Origin: Thermoanaerobaculia bacterium | GTDB taxonomy: Bacteria > Acidobacteriota > Thermoanaerobaculia > UBA5066 | Assembly: GCA_049581965.1 (NCBI GenBank) | Contig: JBAUSZ010000228.1 | Coordinates: 1 to 37,605, forward strand | Length of the DNA: 37,605 bases | Direction of reading: 5' to 3' | Shown: positions 1-9,780 of the stretch, one piece after another | Layout of the letters: every line of letters begins with the position of its first letter | Position numbering within the stretch: the first letter of the stretch is position 1 | Made by a program: the position numbers and the translations under genes | The notes under the pieces: model-generated | Database searches by the model: none | Told to the model about the DNA's origin: nothing | The model's input: the letters and a program-made list of their open reading frames with translations, nothing else

Positions 1-941
1 CTTTTCGGCAGGCCGGACACGATGCCGTCCAGCATCCACGCGCGCGAGAGGTTCAGGCCGTCGAGGTGAGCGAGCTTGCCGTCGGCCGGATCCGTCACGC
101 GCGCGAGAGGCAGCCACGCGGCTCCGCTCGCCCGCGGGATTTTCGGCAGAAAATGCAACAGCCAATCGGCGAAGGCGGGTGGCGGGAGGAGGCGGCGCAT
201 GAGATCGGCCTCCGCGAGGCACGGCGAGAGAAAATCCTGCCCGGAGGGCTCGTAGCCGATCGGACAGGCGCGGTCCTTTCCGTAGAGATCCCTGATCCTC
301 GCCGAGAGGAGGCGCTCCATCGCGGCATTCCCCGAGGTGCGCGCCCAGTCGAGAACGAGGCCGAAGGCGAACGCGGTCTGTGCGTGCTCGCCCTCGCGGA
401 TCGGGTACGCGAGCTTCGGGATCCACTCCGACAGACGCCCGGCGGCGGCGCGCTCGAGGGGCTCGAGCGCTCGGGTCCACTCCCGGGCCTCCACGTCGTC
501 CCATTCCCTGAGCTCGGCCGCGAGCTGGAGGAGCCAGGCAAGCCCGTAGGGCCGCTCGAACGTCGCGCGACCCGGGGCTGCGAGGTAGGCGACCTCGCCG
601 GCGACCCGTTCGGGAACCAGCGAGGAACGCAACGCCGCGCGGGCGCGCGCCACGAAGGGCGCCTGGGGGTACCGGCGCGCGAGGCGCACGAGGAGCCAGT
701 GGCCGTGCACGGCCGAGTGCCAGTCATAGCAACCGAAAAAGGCAGGCGTCAGGGAACGCGGGGGCCTCGCGTCCTCGTCGCCGTTCAAGACGTGCGAGAT
801 CTTGTTCGGGTACTCCCTGGAAACGCACGAGAGCGCGAGATCCGCGAAGCGGCCCGCCGCCCGTTCGTCGAACCCTCCCGCCGGCGCCGCGGCGGCCAGG
901 GACGATGACGCGAGGAACGCGGTCGCGAGAACCCTTCGCAC
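1..941 (-). CDS. DUF2891-family protein with an N-terminal signal peptide; the 3' end runs off the window start
   Basis: I translated the minus strand by hand. The ORF track omits it because it has no stop in the window. GTG at 941-939 is followed by RRVLATAFLASSSLAAAAP...REYPNKISHVLNGDEDARPP...FFGCYDWHSAVHGHWLLVRL...PIREGEHAQTAFAFGLVLDW. The YDWHS.VHGHW and REGEH..TAF blocks match my memory of DUF2891. GC3 is high in this frame. The + ORF 66..908 is its shadow. Confidence 0.65.
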   Translation of the reverse strand, partial: MRRVLATAFLASSSLAAAAPAGGFDERAAGRFADLALSCVSREYPNKISHVLNGDEDARPPRSLTPAFFGCYDWHSAVHGHWLLVRLARRYPQAPFVARARAALRSSLVPERVAGEVAYLAAPGRATFERPYGLAWLLQLAAELREWDDVEAREWTRALEPLERAAAGRLSEWIPKLAYPIREGEHAQTAFAFGLVLDWARTSGNAAMERLLSARIRDLYGKDRACPIGYEPSGQDFLSPCLAEADLMRRLLPPPAFADWLLHFLPKIPRASGAAWLPLARVTDPADGKLAHLDGLNLSRAWMLDGIVSGLPK

Positions 942-982
942 GGCCCGGATGCTAACCCGCGCGCCCGCCGGTATCCTGTCGC

Positions 983-1942
983 GTGCGCTTCCGGAACCCT
1001 CCCGGCAGTCCTCCCCAATCCGCCGGCCTCGCCGACTTCGCCCCGTTCTTCCTCCGGCGCGCGAGGGACCGCCCGCCGGCCGTGCCGGAAGGTCATGTCC
1101 TGCCCGCTGCCGAGGCGGCCGCGGCTCTCGCGGCCGCAGGCCCCGAGAGCCTCACGTGGCTCGGCCACGCGTCGTTCCTGATCCGAACCGGCGGTCTGAC
1201 GATCCTCACGGACCCGTTCCTGTCCGACTACGCGGGCCCCGTCCCCGGCCTCGGGCCGAGGCGCTACGTGCCGCCGGGGATCCCGCTCGAAGAGCTTCCG
1301 AAGATCGACGCCGTCCTCATCTCCCACAACCACTACGATCACCTCGATGCGAGATCCATAGAGAGGATTTCTTCGAACGCAAAGGGGGCCGCGGTCGCGG
1401 TCGTTCCGAAGGGGCTCGGCTCGTTCTTTGCGTCGCGAGGCTATTCGGATCTCCGCGAGCTCGGATGGGGCGAAGGCACCCTCCTCGGAAAATCTCCTTC
1501 CTGTTCCGTCTCCTTCTCCTGTCTCCCCTGCGTCCATTTCTCCGGCCGCACACCCTTCGACCGCAACGCCACCCTCTGGGCCTCGTGGTCGATCGCGTCC
1601 CCCTCCCTGAAGCTGTTCTTCGCGGGCGACTCCGGCTACGGGCCCGTCTTCAAGGAGACGGGCGCGCGGCACGGCCCGTTCGATCTCGCGCTCCTCCCGA
1701 TCGGCGCCTACGAGCCGGCCTCGATCATGCGGCCCGTCCACCTGGATCCCGAACAGGCGGTCGCCGCCGGGCGCGACCTCGGGGCGAGGACGCTCGTCGC
1801 GATGCACTGGGGGACGATCGTGCTCACCGACGAGCCGCCCTTCGAACCCGCCAGACGTTTCCGCGCGGCCGCGGACCGCGCGGGGTTTCCCGCCGGACGC
1901 GCGTGGATCATGAAGATCGGAGAGACTCGAGAAACCGGCTGA
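983..1942 (+). CDS. MBL-fold metallo-hydrolase (Lactamase_B_2 / NAPE-PLD-like)
   Basis: 319 aa with a GTG start. It carries the metal-binding motif LISHNHYDHLD and later HFSGR and GDSGYGP blocks. Its composition is protein-like, unlike the overlapping shadow ORFs. Confidence 0.8.
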   Translation: MRFRNPPGSPPQSAGLADFAPFFLRRARDRPPAVPEGHVLPAAEAAAALAAAGPESLTWLGHASFLIRTGGLTILTDPFLSDYAGPVPGLGPRRYVPPGIPLEELPKIDAVLISHNHYDHLDARSIERISSNAKGAAVAVVPKGLGSFFASRGYSDLRELGWGEGTLLGKSPSCSVSFSCLPCVHFSGRTPFDRNATLWASWSIASPSLKLFFAGDSGYGPVFKETGARHGPFDLALLPIGAYEPASIMRPVHLDPEQAVAAGRDLGARTLVAMHWGTIVLTDEPPFEPARRFRAAADRAGFPAGRAWIMKIGETRETG

Positions 1943-2543
1943 CGGCCGCGACCGCCTCGGCGAGGTTCTCCTCCACGGTTCGACCCGACGCGGCGCGCGG
2001 CTTGAACGAGTGATCCCCATCCTCGAGGAAGAGGAACCGAACGGTCTTCGAAAGGTGATAGCGGGTGACCTCGTCCCGCGTTCCGAAGGAGTCGCGCTCG
2101 CCCTGGACGATCAGTGTCGGGGTCCGGAGGCTTTGCAGGTGCGCGACGCGGAGCTTGCCGGGCCGTCCGGGCGGGTGGAACGGGTAGCCGAGACAGACGA
2201 GCCCCGCGATGCCGGCCTCGTCGGCGACCATGCTCGCGATCCGGCCTCCCATGGACTTTCCGCCGATCGCGAGTAACGCGGTTCCTTTCGTGCCGCCGAT
2301 CTCTCGGATCGCGTCGAGCCAGCTTTCCCGAAGAACGCGCTCGCGGTCGGGAGGCCGCCTCCTGTTCTCCTCTCGGCGCGCCCGCATGTACGGGAACTCG
2401 AAGCGCACGACGCGGAACCGCGCCGCGGCGATTCCAGAGGCCACGGCGTTCATGAACGGGGAATCCATCGGCGCTCCCGCGCCGTGCGCGAGAACGAGCG
2501 TCAGCGGCGCGCGGGCCGGTCCGTCGAAGAGAAAGCGCTCCAC
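1908..2543 (-). CDS. alpha/beta-fold hydrolase (KANL3/Tex30-like, dienelactone-hydrolase-like)
   Basis: 211 aa. N-terminal block LVLAHGAGAPMDSPFM, nucleophile elbow GGKSMGGR and C-terminal GDHSF. It converges on the MBL gene and overlaps it by 35 nt. Confidence 0.75.
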   Translation of the reverse strand: MERFLFDGPARAPLTLVLAHGAGAPMDSPFMNAVASGIAAARFRVVRFEFPYMRARREENRRRPPDRERVLRESWLDAIREIGGTKGTALLAIGGKSMGGRIASMVADEAGIAGLVCLGYPFHPPGRPGKLRVAHLQSLRTPTLIVQGERDSFGTRDEVTRYHLSKTVRFLFLEDGDHSFKPRAASGRTVEENLAEAVAAVSRFLESLRSS

Positions 2544-2556
2544 CTAGAATCCGTCC

Positions 2557-3300
2557 GTGGCGAACAAGTATCTCTCGCACGGCGCCGAGCGCGGCCCGAA
2601 AGTGCGGGCGATGTTTTCGCGGCTCGCGCGCCGTTACGACCTCCTGAACGACGTGATGAGTTTCGGCCTCCACCGCCTCTGGAAGCGCGACGCCGTGGAG
2701 CTGGCCCTCGCCGGGCGGACGGGCCCGGCAAGAATATTGGACCTCTGCTGCGGAACGGGCGATCTCGCGTTCCGCGCCGAGGCTGGCGCTGCCGTCGGCT
2801 CACGCGTCGTTGGCCTCGACTTCACGCTTCCGATGCTTTGTATCGCCCTCGGGCGACGAGCGTCCTCCCGGCGCGCGCCCGGGTTTGCGCAGGGCGACGC
2901 CATGCGGCTTCCGTTTCCAGACGCGAGCTTCGACGCCGTCACGATGGGCTACGGCCTTCGAAACGTCGCCGACCCGCTCGCCTGCCTGCACGAGGTCCGC
3001 CGAGTCCTCGCACCGGGCGGACGCATCGTCGTCCTCGACTTCGGGAAACCCGACAACGCCGTAGCGCGCGCTTTCTACCGCGGATTCCTGCGGACCGTCA
3101 TGCCCGTCGTGGGCTGGCTCTTTCACGGGGACGCCGACACGTACCTGTACATCCCGGAGTCGCTCGAGGCTTATCCGGCACAGCGCGGTGTGCGCGACCT
3201 CATGGAGCAGGCGGGGCTCGCCGAGGCCAGCTACCAGAACCGCATGTTCGGGACGATGGGCCTCAACGTGGGTGAGGCTCCCGCCCGCTCGTCTCTATAA
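2557..3300 (+). CDS. ubiE: demethylmenaquinone/ubiquinone methyltransferase (UbiE/MenG family, class I SAM-dependent)
   Basis: 247 aa with a GTG start. Family N-terminal block VRAMFSRLARRYDLLNDVMSFGLHRLWKR and SAM motif I ILDLCCGTGDL. YLYIPESL lies near the C-terminus. Confidence 0.85.
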   Translation: MANKYLSHGAERGPKVRAMFSRLARRYDLLNDVMSFGLHRLWKRDAVELALAGRTGPARILDLCCGTGDLAFRAEAGAAVGSRVVGLDFTLPMLCIALGRRASSRRAPGFAQGDAMRLPFPDASFDAVTMGYGLRNVADPLACLHEVRRVLAPGGRIVVLDFGKPDNAVARAFYRGFLRTVMPVVGWLFHGDADTYLYIPESLEAYPAQRGVRDLMEQAGLAEASYQNRMFGTMGLNVGEAPARSSL

Positions 3301-3306
3301 TCCCTC

Positions 3307-5757
3307 GTGCCCCGCGACACGTCCAAAGTGAGTTCGGGTTCGCGGGCCCGTCCGATCCCAGGCGAGCCCCCCGTTCCGTCGAGCCGGCTCGTCGGACTCC
3401 TCGCGGTCGTGTTCGTCGTCATCATCGCGGCGATTCTCGCGATCGGTGCCGTCTGGACGAGCGCGCTCTCCGGGATTCGCGCCTTCGTCTCGGCCGAGTC
3501 GATCTGGTCGAAGGCTCAGAAGGACGCCGTCTACGCCCTCTCTCGTTACCTCGATACGGGTGACGAGGCCCAGTACCGGACCTTCCGTGCGCGACTGGCG
3601 GTCCCTCGCGGCGACCGCAGGGCCCGGCTCGCCATGGCCGCTCCGAGGCCGGACTCGCGCGCCGCCGTCCAGGGCTTCCTCGAGGGCCTGAACTCCCCCG
3701 CGGACTCCGAGGACATGGTGGCCATTCTCCTTCGCTTTCGCGCCGTGGAGCACATCCAGCGGGCCTTGAGGATCTGGGAACGCGCCGACGCGGTCATCGA
3801 CGAACTGGAGGCCCTCGGGGCCGCCCTTCGCGAGGACGTCGAAGCGGGCCGGCTCACGGCCGAAGGCCGCACAGCCTATTCTCTCCGGCTTGAGAGCCTG
3901 AACCGCGAGGCCACGTCGCTCGAGGGCGCCTTCTCGGAGTCCCTCGGTCTGGCGTCGCGGACGGTCCGCTCCCGCCTGGACCTCGCCGTCGGCGCCATGA
4001 CGCTCCTCCTCGTCGGGCTGGGCATCGGCGCGTCCGTCCTCATCGCGCGGACTCTCAAGGAGCGTCACGCGGCGTTGCGGGCGTCCGAGCGCCGCTACCG
4101 CCTTCTCTTCGAGCGGAATCTCGCCGGACTCTATCGGACGACGCTCGAAGGCCGGATCCTGGACTGCAATTCGGCCTTTGCGCGAATCCTCGGCTATCCG
4201 TCCCGCGAGGACGTGCTGAAGATCTCCGCGCTCGACCTCTACTCCGACCCCGGGGATCGCGAGTCGTTCCTCGCACGACTCTCGCAGCAGCGCGTCCTCG
4301 TGAACTTCGAGCTCTGCCTCAGGCGCCGCGATGGCAGCCCCGTCTGGGTCCTGGCCAACGAGAGCCTCGTGGACGAACCCGGAGGCCAGACCGTCGTGGA
4401 CGGCAGCCTCATCGACATCACGGACCGCAAGCACGCCGAGCAGCAGCGCTGGCACCAGGCGAATCACGACGCGCTCACGGACCTCCCCAACCGCGTCCTC
4501 TTCAACGATCGCCTCTCTCTGGCGATTCTCCACGCACAGCGGCGTCGGCAGTCGCTCGTCGTCATGTTCCTCGACCTCGACCAGTTCAAGCGCGTCAACG
4601 ACACGCTCGGCCACTCGGCGGGCGACGAGCTTCTCGTGAAGGTCGCCGACCGTCTCCGACGCTGCATCCGGCAGGACGACACCGTCGCCCGCGTCGGCGG
4701 AGACGAGTTCCTGCTTCTTCTCAACGGCATCGGCCGCGAGGCCGACGCCGCGACCATGGCGCGCAAGATCCTCGCGGTTCTCGCTGAGCCGTTCCTGATC
4801 CAGAAGCGCGAGCTCTTCGTCGAGGCCTCAATCGGAATCGGGATGTACCCGGCCGACGGCGCGGACGCCGAGACGCTGGTCACGAACGTGGACACGGCGA
4901 TGTACCGCGCAAAGGAGACGGGCCGCAACTGCTTCCAGTTCTTCACGCGGAAAATGCAGGAGCAGTCCCAGGAGCGGGCCGCCCTCGAGTCGGGGCTCAG
5001 GAAGGCGCTCCCCCGGGGCGAATTCGTCCTCCACTACCAGCCGATCTACCGGCTTCGCGACCGCTCGGTCGTCGGAGTCGAGGCGCTCGTCCGCTGGCGC
5101 CACCCCGAGAAGGGGGTCCTCTCGCCCCGCGAGTTCATCCCGCTGGCCGAGGACGTCGGCCTCATCGCGCGCGTCGGCGAGTGGGTCCTGCGTCGGGCCT
5201 GCGAACAGCTGAAAGCCTGGCAATCAGCAGGCGCAACCTCCCTCCGCGTCTCGGTGAACGTCTCGCCCCGCCAGTTCCAGCAGCGGGACTTCGCCGCGAA
5301 CGTCCGGCGGATCGTCAAGGAGACCGGCCTCGAGCCCTCGTCCCTCGACCTCGAGATCACCGAGTCGATCGCGATGCACGACGTCGTCCACACGGGGCGC
5401 GTCCTCATGGAGCTCGCGGACCTCGGGATCCAGATCTCGATGGACGACTTCGGAACGGGCCATTCCTCCCTGAACTACCTCAAGCACTTCCCGATCCGGC
5501 GGCTCAAGATCGACCAGTCTTTCGTCGCCGGGATGGCGACGCAGGACAAGGACCACGCGATCGTCGCGACGGTCATCTCGATCGCCCGCAACCTCGGGCT
5601 CGCCGTGACGGCCGAAGGCGTCGAGACGGAGGAGCAGGCCGCGATGCTCGCCTCCCTCGCGTGCGAAGACGTTCAGGGCTACCTCTTCGCGCACCCCGTT
5701 CCGGCCGAGGAGGTCGAAAAGCACCTCGGCCTCCCCCCGCGCCCCGTCGGAACCTGA
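3307..5757 (+). CDS. membrane sensor protein: TM - periplasmic helical domain - TM - PAS - GGDEF - EAL
   Basis: 816 aa. Two hydrophobic segments (LVGLLAVVFVVIIAAILAIGAVW and AVGAMTLLLVGLGIGASVLIA) flank about 190 aa. The PAS region is RYRLLFERNLAGLYRTTLEGRILDCN. An intact GGDEF motif is at 4696..4710. EAL is at 5080..5088, with downstream DDFGTG and QGY blocks. Confidence 0.9.
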   Translation: MPRDTSKVSSGSRARPIPGEPPVPSSRLVGLLAVVFVVIIAAILAIGAVWTSALSGIRAFVSAESIWSKAQKDAVYALSRYLDTGDEAQYRTFRARLAVPRGDRRARLAMAAPRPDSRAAVQGFLEGLNSPADSEDMVAILLRFRAVEHIQRALRIWERADAVIDELEALGAALREDVEAGRLTAEGRTAYSLRLESLNREATSLEGAFSESLGLASRTVRSRLDLAVGAMTLLLVGLGIGASVLIARTLKERHAALRASERRYRLLFERNLAGLYRTTLEGRILDCNSAFARILGYPSREDVLKISALDLYSDPGDRESFLARLSQQRVLVNFELCLRRRDGSPVWVLANESLVDEPGGQTVVDGSLIDITDRKHAEQQRWHQANHDALTDLPNRVLFNDRLSLAILHAQRRRQSLVVMFLDLDQFKRVNDTLGHSAGDELLVKVADRLRRCIRQDDTVARVGGDEFLLLLNGIGREADAATMARKILAVLAEPFLIQKRELFVEASIGIGMYPADGADAETLVTNVDTAMYRAKETGRNCFQFFTRKMQEQSQERAALESGLRKALPRGEFVLHYQPIYRLRDRSVVGVEALVRWRHPEKGVLSPREFIPLAEDVGLIARVGEWVLRRACEQLKAWQSAGATSLRVSVNVSPRQFQQRDFAANVRRIVKETGLEPSSLDLEITESIAMHDVVHTGRVLMELADLGIQISMDDFGTGHSSLNYLKHFPIRRLKIDQSFVAGMATQDKDHAIVATVISIARNLGLAVTAEGVETEEQAAMLASLACEDVQGYLFAHPVPAEEVEKHLGLPPRPVGT

Positions 5758-5823
5758 TACAAACGAACTATCGCCGCGGTCGCCCCCCGGGGAGCGTAAT
5801 AGCCGCGACCGGGAGGAACCGCG

Positions 5824-6471
5824 ATGCGCGTCGAGAAGTGGATGACCCCGAAGGTGATCACGCTCAAGCCGACGGACTCTCTGTCGGCGGCGATCCACCT
5901 CATGAAGGAAAAGAAGATCCGGCGGATCCCCATCGTGAACGGCGACGGGAAGCTCGTCGGCATCGTCTCCGACCGCGACCTGAAGGACGTCTCGCCCTCG
6001 CGGGCGACGACGCTCGACATCTGGGAGCTCCACTACGTCCTCGACAAACTGAAGATCGGCGACATCATGACGAAAAAGCCGATCACCGTGGCGCCGGACG
6101 CGCCGATCGAGCGGGCCGCGCAGATCATGATGGAGAAGCGCGTCGAGGGCCTCCCCGTCCTCGATGGGAAGGGAGCCCTGGTCGGGATTCTCACCGAGGG
6201 CGACGTCTTCCGCGCGCTCGTCGACATCACGGGGGTCGGGAAGGGCCGGCTCCGGGTCGATCTCCTCATCCCCGACAAACCCGGCTCCATCCGGGAGGTC
6301 GCCGACCTCTGCCGGACGGCCGGAGGCAAGATCTTCTCGATCCTCGGCTCCTACGCGAAGGTCCCGGCCGGCAAGCGGGAGCTGATCATGCGGGTCGAGT
6401 GCCCCAAGCCCGAGGCCCTCAAGGCCGAGCTCGTCAAGGCCTACGGGGACGCCCGGGTCGAAACGGATTGA
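5824..6471 (+). CDS. CBS-pair plus ACT domain protein (AcuB-like)
   Basis: 215 aa. Two CBS repeats (IRRIPIVNGDGKLVGIVSDRDL and VEGLPVLDGKGALVGILTEGDV) precede an ACT-like tail. RBS GGGAGG lies upstream. Confidence 0.8.
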   Translation: MRVEKWMTPKVITLKPTDSLSAAIHLMKEKKIRRIPIVNGDGKLVGIVSDRDLKDVSPSRATTLDIWELHYVLDKLKIGDIMTKKPITVAPDAPIERAAQIMMEKRVEGLPVLDGKGALVGILTEGDVFRALVDITGVGKGRLRVDLLIPDKPGSIREVADLCRTAGGKIFSILGSYAKVPAGKRELIMRVECPKPEALKAELVKAYGDARVETD

Positions 6472-6474
6472 TTC

Positions 6475-6548
6475 CCGGGGCGGGGCCCCCTCGCCGGGGC
6501 CCTCCGCCTCTCTCCGCGCCGGGGCCCCCGCCCCGGCGCATCTTTTTT
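6475..6548 (+). terminator. intrinsic terminator (long GC stem with a nested hairpin, then a T6 run)
   Basis: CCGGGGCGGGGCCCCC (6475..6490) pairs with GGGGCCCCCGCCCCGG (6521..6536). It is followed by CGCATCTTTTTT (6537..6548), directly after the CBS gene stop. Confidence 0.7.
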
Positions 6549-6649
6549 GGCCGGCCCGAGCGATCTGATTCATTCGAATCATCGCTTCCGAGAACCAATC
6601 TCGACATAAAGGGCCCGTTCGAGTTCCGAAAAACAGACAGGAGGGGCCC

Positions 6650-7849
6650 ATGTCGATCCGGCGCCTTTCGATTCCGTTCGTCCTCGCGGCGATCGCCGCC
6701 CTCACCGCGTTTCCGACGTTCGCCCAGGGCAAGACCTTCACGGTCGGAATCTCTCTCCCCTTGACCGGGGCCGACGCCAAGTTCGGCGAGATGAAGAAGC
6801 AGGCCTACGAGATGGCCGCCGACGAGATCAACGCCAAGGGTGGCGCCAAGGGGACGAAGCTCGCCTTCGACATCCAGGACTCCGGGGCGAAGCCCGACAC
6901 GGCCACGGCGATCGTCGAGAAATTCATCACGATCAACAAGTACCCGATCGTCGTCGGCGAGTACACGAGCCAGTGCTCGTACGCGGTGGCGGGCGTCGCG
7001 GAGAAGTACAAGGTTCCTTACCTCGTGGACACCGGAGCCGCGGACAAGATCACGCAGCAGGGCTGGAAGTACGTCTTCCGGCTGAACTCGCCCGCGGGCC
7101 TCTACGCGAAGGGGGTTTTCTCCTTCTTCGAGGAAGTTGCGAAGCCCAAGTCCATTGCAATCCTTTACGAGAACACCGACTTCGGCACCTCCACGTCGAA
7201 GTCCATGAAGGAATACGCCGAGTCCCACGGCATGGGAGTCGTCCTCTCGGAGGGCTACCAGGCCGGCGCCGTGGATTTCAAGCCCATCCTCCAGAAGGTG
7301 AAGTCGCTGAGGCCCGACATCGTCTACATGGTGTCGTACCTCATGGACGCGTCCCTCCTCATGCGGCAGTCCAAGGAGCTCGATCTGAACGCGCAGGCGT
7401 TCATCGGCGGCGCGGCCGGCCACACGCTTCCCGAGTTCCTCGAGAACGCCGGCGACGCGACCGAGTACTGCATGTCCGCCTCGCTCTGGACGCCGCAGGT
7501 GAAGTACCCCGGCGCCGCGGCCTTCGACGCGAACTTCCGGAAGAAGTTCAACAAGGCACCCAGCTACCACGCCGCCGAGGCGTACGCGACGGCCTACGTC
7601 CTCGCCGACATCCTCTCGAGGGCCAAGTCGACGTCGCCGGATGATCTGCGCGACGCGCTCGCGGCGACGGACATGATGACCGCTTTCGGTCCCGTGAAGT
7701 TCCAGGCGTGGGACAAGTTCACGAACCAGAACAGGATGGATACGCTCGTGGGCCAGTGGCAGAACAAGAAGTTCGAGACGGTGTGGCCGAAGGCCCTCGC
7801 CTCGGCCCCATACGTCTATCCCGCGCCGCGCTGGCGCGACCGCAAGTAA
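6650..7849 (+). CDS. ABC transporter substrate-binding protein, LivJ/Peripla_BP_6 family (system 1)
   Basis: 399 aa. Signal peptide MSIRRLSIPFVLAAIAALTAFPTFAQG, then GISLPLTGADAKFGEMKKQAYEMAADEINAKGG, typical of this family. RBS AGGAGG upstream. Confidence 0.85.
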   Translation: MSIRRLSIPFVLAAIAALTAFPTFAQGKTFTVGISLPLTGADAKFGEMKKQAYEMAADEINAKGGAKGTKLAFDIQDSGAKPDTATAIVEKFITINKYPIVVGEYTSQCSYAVAGVAEKYKVPYLVDTGAADKITQQGWKYVFRLNSPAGLYAKGVFSFFEEVAKPKSIAILYENTDFGTSTSKSMKEYAESHGMGVVLSEGYQAGAVDFKPILQKVKSLRPDIVYMVSYLMDASLLMRQSKELDLNAQAFIGGAAGHTLPEFLENAGDATEYCMSASLWTPQVKYPGAAAFDANFRKKFNKAPSYHAAEAYATAYVLADILSRAKSTSPDDLRDALAATDMMTAFGPVKFQAWDKFTNQNRMDTLVGQWQNKKFETVWPKALASAPYVYPAPRWRDRK

Positions 7850-7879
7850 CCCGGCCCCGGCCCAGGCGGGATTGATGCC

Positions 7880-8803
7880 GTGACGCCACAGGTCGCCGGC
7901 CAACTCGAGCTGCTCGGTCAGGTCCTCATCTCCGGGGTCCTGCTCGGCGGGCTCTACGCGCTGATCGGGCTCGGCATGTCCCTCATCATGGGCGTCATGA
8001 AGATCATCAACCTCGCCCACGGCGAGCTGATGATGGTCGGCATGTACATCTCGTTCTGGGCATTCACGCTCGGGAAGATCGACCCGTACGTCTCCCTCCT
8101 GATCGTCTTCCCCGCGCTCTTCGTCCTTGGGGCGATGCTCCAGAAATGGCTCATCGCCCCGGTCATGGAGGCCGAGTCGATCCTCCCGGAGAATCAGGTG
8201 CTCCTCACCGTCGGAATCGGGCTCGTCCTCTCGAACCTCGCCCTCCTCGCCTTCACCGCCGACTACCGCTCCGTCCCGGTGTCCTATGCATCGAAGACGA
8301 TCTACTGGGACGTGAAGGCAGGCGGACAGACGATCTCGCTCTCGTTCAGCTTTCCGATGCTCGTCGCGTTCGGGATCGCGATCGTGCTCGGCGCCGCTCT
8401 CTTCCTCTTCCTCGGCTACTCGGATCTCGGCCGGATGATTCGCGCGACCGCGCAGGACAAGCGTGCCGCGGCCCTCATGGGTGTCAACACGAAGCGGATC
8501 ACGTACATCACGTTCGGGCTCGGCTCCGCCCTCGTGGGTGCCGCCGGCGCCCTCCTCGCGCCGGTCTACTACCTGTTTCCCCAGATCGGCGGGCCGTTCA
8601 CCCTGAAGGCCTTCATCATCACGGTTCTCGGCGGCCTCGGAAACGTCGCGGGTGCCGTTCTCGGCGGCGTCGTCCTCGGGCTCGCGGAGTCCCTCGGCTC
8701 CGTTTACGTCTCGCTCGGCTACAAGGACGCCTTCGGGTTCATCATCTTCGTCCTCGTCCTGATCTTCCTGCCCAAGGGACTCCTCGGGAAGGGGCGGGCT
8801 TGA
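7880..8803 (+). CDS. livH: branched-chain amino acid-type ABC permease (LivH family)
   Basis: 307 aa, polytopic. Family block [25 protein letters not shown] and C-terminal [13 protein letters not shown]. Confidence 0.85.
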   Translation: MTPQVAGQLELLGQVLISGVLLGGLYALIGLGMSLIMGVMKIINLAHGELMMVGMYISFWAFTLGKIDPYVSLLIVFPALFVLGAMLQKWLIAPVMEAESILPENQVLLTVGIGLVLSNLALLAFTADYRSVPVSYASKTIYWDVKAGGQTISLSFSFPMLVAFGIAIVLGAALFLFLGYSDLGRMIRATAQDKRAAALMGVNTKRITYITFGLGSALVGAAGALLAPVYYLFPQIGGPFTLKAFIITVLGGLGNVAGAVLGGVVLGLAESLGSVYVSLGYKDAFGFIIFVLVLIFLPKGLLGKGRA

Positions 8804-9780
8804 GCACGAGCCGTTCGACTCTCCTGTCGCTCGGTGGCCTCGCGCTCCTCGCGATTCTTCCCACCGTCGTGCGCAACCCCTACGCCCTCCACATGCTCGT
8901 TCTCTGCCTCCTCTGGACCGTCCTGGGACAGAGCTGGAATCTCCTCGGAGGCTACACGGGGCAGGTTTCCTTCGGGCATGCGGCCTTTTTCGGGATCGGC
9001 GCTTACACGACGGGCATCCTCGTGAAGACGGGGCTGTCCCCGGCCGCCGCCTGGTGGGGCCTTCTCCTCGGCGGCCTCGCGGCCGCGGCCGCCTCCGCCG
9101 TGATCGGCTGGATCTGCTTCCGCCTGCGGGGGCCCTATTTCGCGCTCTCGGTCCTCGCGCTCGCGGAAGTGCTGCGGCTCGTCGCCCTGAACTGGAAGCA
9201 GCTCACGAACGGCGCCGAGGGCATCCTCTTCATCCCGGCCTTCAACTCGAAGTCCTGGTACTACTGGATCGCCCTCGCGCTGGCGGCGTCGAGCATGGCC
9301 GTCATCCGCTGGGTCATGAACGGGAAGCTCGGGTTCTACTTTCTCGCGATCCGCGAGGACCAGGACTGCGCCGAGTCGCTCGGGATCAACGCGACGAAGT
9401 ACAAGCTCATTTCGCTCCTCATCAGCGCGTTCTTCACCGGCGTCGCGGGAAGCTTCTACATGAACTACATGGGCTTCATCGACCCGGGCATCGTCTTCTC
9501 GATCCACGACATCTCGGTCATGATGATCCTCGTCACGATGCTCGGCGGCGTCGCGACGACGTGGGGGCCGGCGGTGGGTGCCGCGATCTACATCCTCATG
9601 TCCGAGGCGTTCCGGACGTACCTGAAGTCCGGGCACCTCGTCTTCTTCGGGGTCCTCATCATCGTGATCATCATCTTCTTCCCCCAGGGCATCGTGGGAA
9701 CGCTCCGGGAAACGCTGCGGCGCCGGAAGCGCCGCCTCGCGGCTCCGCCCGCCGGCGGCCCCGCGAAGGAGGCCGCGTGA
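8800..9780 (+). CDS. livM: branched-chain amino acid-type ABC permease (LivM family)
   Basis: This is the real part of track ORF 8146..9780. TTG at 8800 overlaps the livH stop (TTGA). The sequence then reads [16 protein letters not shown]...[28 protein letters not shown], the LivM signature. The upstream part of the track ORF is Arg/Pro-rich junk lying over livH. Confidence 0.8.
   Translation: MSTSRSTLLSLGGLALLAILPTVVRNPYALHMLVLCLLWTVLGQSWNLLGGYTGQVSFGHAAFFGIGAYTTGILVKTGLSPAAAWWGLLLGGLAAAAASAVIGWICFRLRGPYFALSVLALAEVLRLVALNWKQLTNGAEGILFIPAFNSKSWYYWIALALAASSMAVIRWVMNGKLGFYFLAIREDQDCAESLGINATKYKLISLLISAFFTGVAGSFYMNYMGFIDPGIVFSIHDISVMMILVTMLGGVATTWGPAVGAAIYILMSEAFRTYLKSGHLVFFGVLIIVIIIFFPQGIVGTLRETLRRRKRRLAAPPAGGPAKEAA

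Noticed and set aside
66-908. 280-aa + strand ORF, and the 210-aa ORF at 95..727 on the minus strand, at the window start
   Set aside because: Both are Arg/Glu/Gly/Pro-rich with no recognisable motifs. A third frame on the minus strand, open to the window edge, gives a clean DUF2891-like protein with a signal peptide. These two are its shadow frames.
785-2020. Long overlapping ORFs in alternative or antisense frames. Examples: 785..2020(-), 802..2013(+), 1708..2673(-), 3295..4614(-), 5181..6764(+), 5224..6780(-), 6434..8020(-), 11168..12856(-), 11536..12738(+), 12878..14656(-), 14505..15851(-), 15617..16900(-), 17574..18890(+), 17593..18816(-), 20530..22227(-), 23611..24744(-), 24704..26215(-), 26266..28917(-), 28799..30622(-), 32180..33226(-), 33938..35440(-), 36212..37291(-).
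   Set aside because: They are low-complexity and rich in Arg, Pro, Gly, Asp and Glu. None has family motifs, and each lies over a frame with a clear homologous protein. This is the expected stop-codon-poor shadow-ORF artefact of roughly 70% GC DNA.
2544-2556. Very short divergent intergenic regions (13 bp at 2544..2556 and 41 bp at 942..982) as a sign of wrong start codons
   Set aside because: In both pairs the conserved N-terminal family blocks begin close to the chosen starts, so the starts are probably right. The promoters must lie inside the neighbouring genes. This is unusual but not informative on its own.
8146-8799. Long N-terminal extensions of track ORFs: 8146..9780, 9054..10496, 12680..13780, 15437..16291, 16303..17196, 18980..20728, 19660..22290, 24689..26026, 26206..27282, 31103..31780, 11246..12424, 23497..24735.
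   Set aside because: The extensions overlap the preceding gene in another frame and are compositionally junk. In each case a start codon (often GTG or TTG in a 4-nt stop-start overlap, or an ATG behind a GGAGG-type RBS) coincides with the beginning of the conserved family sequence.
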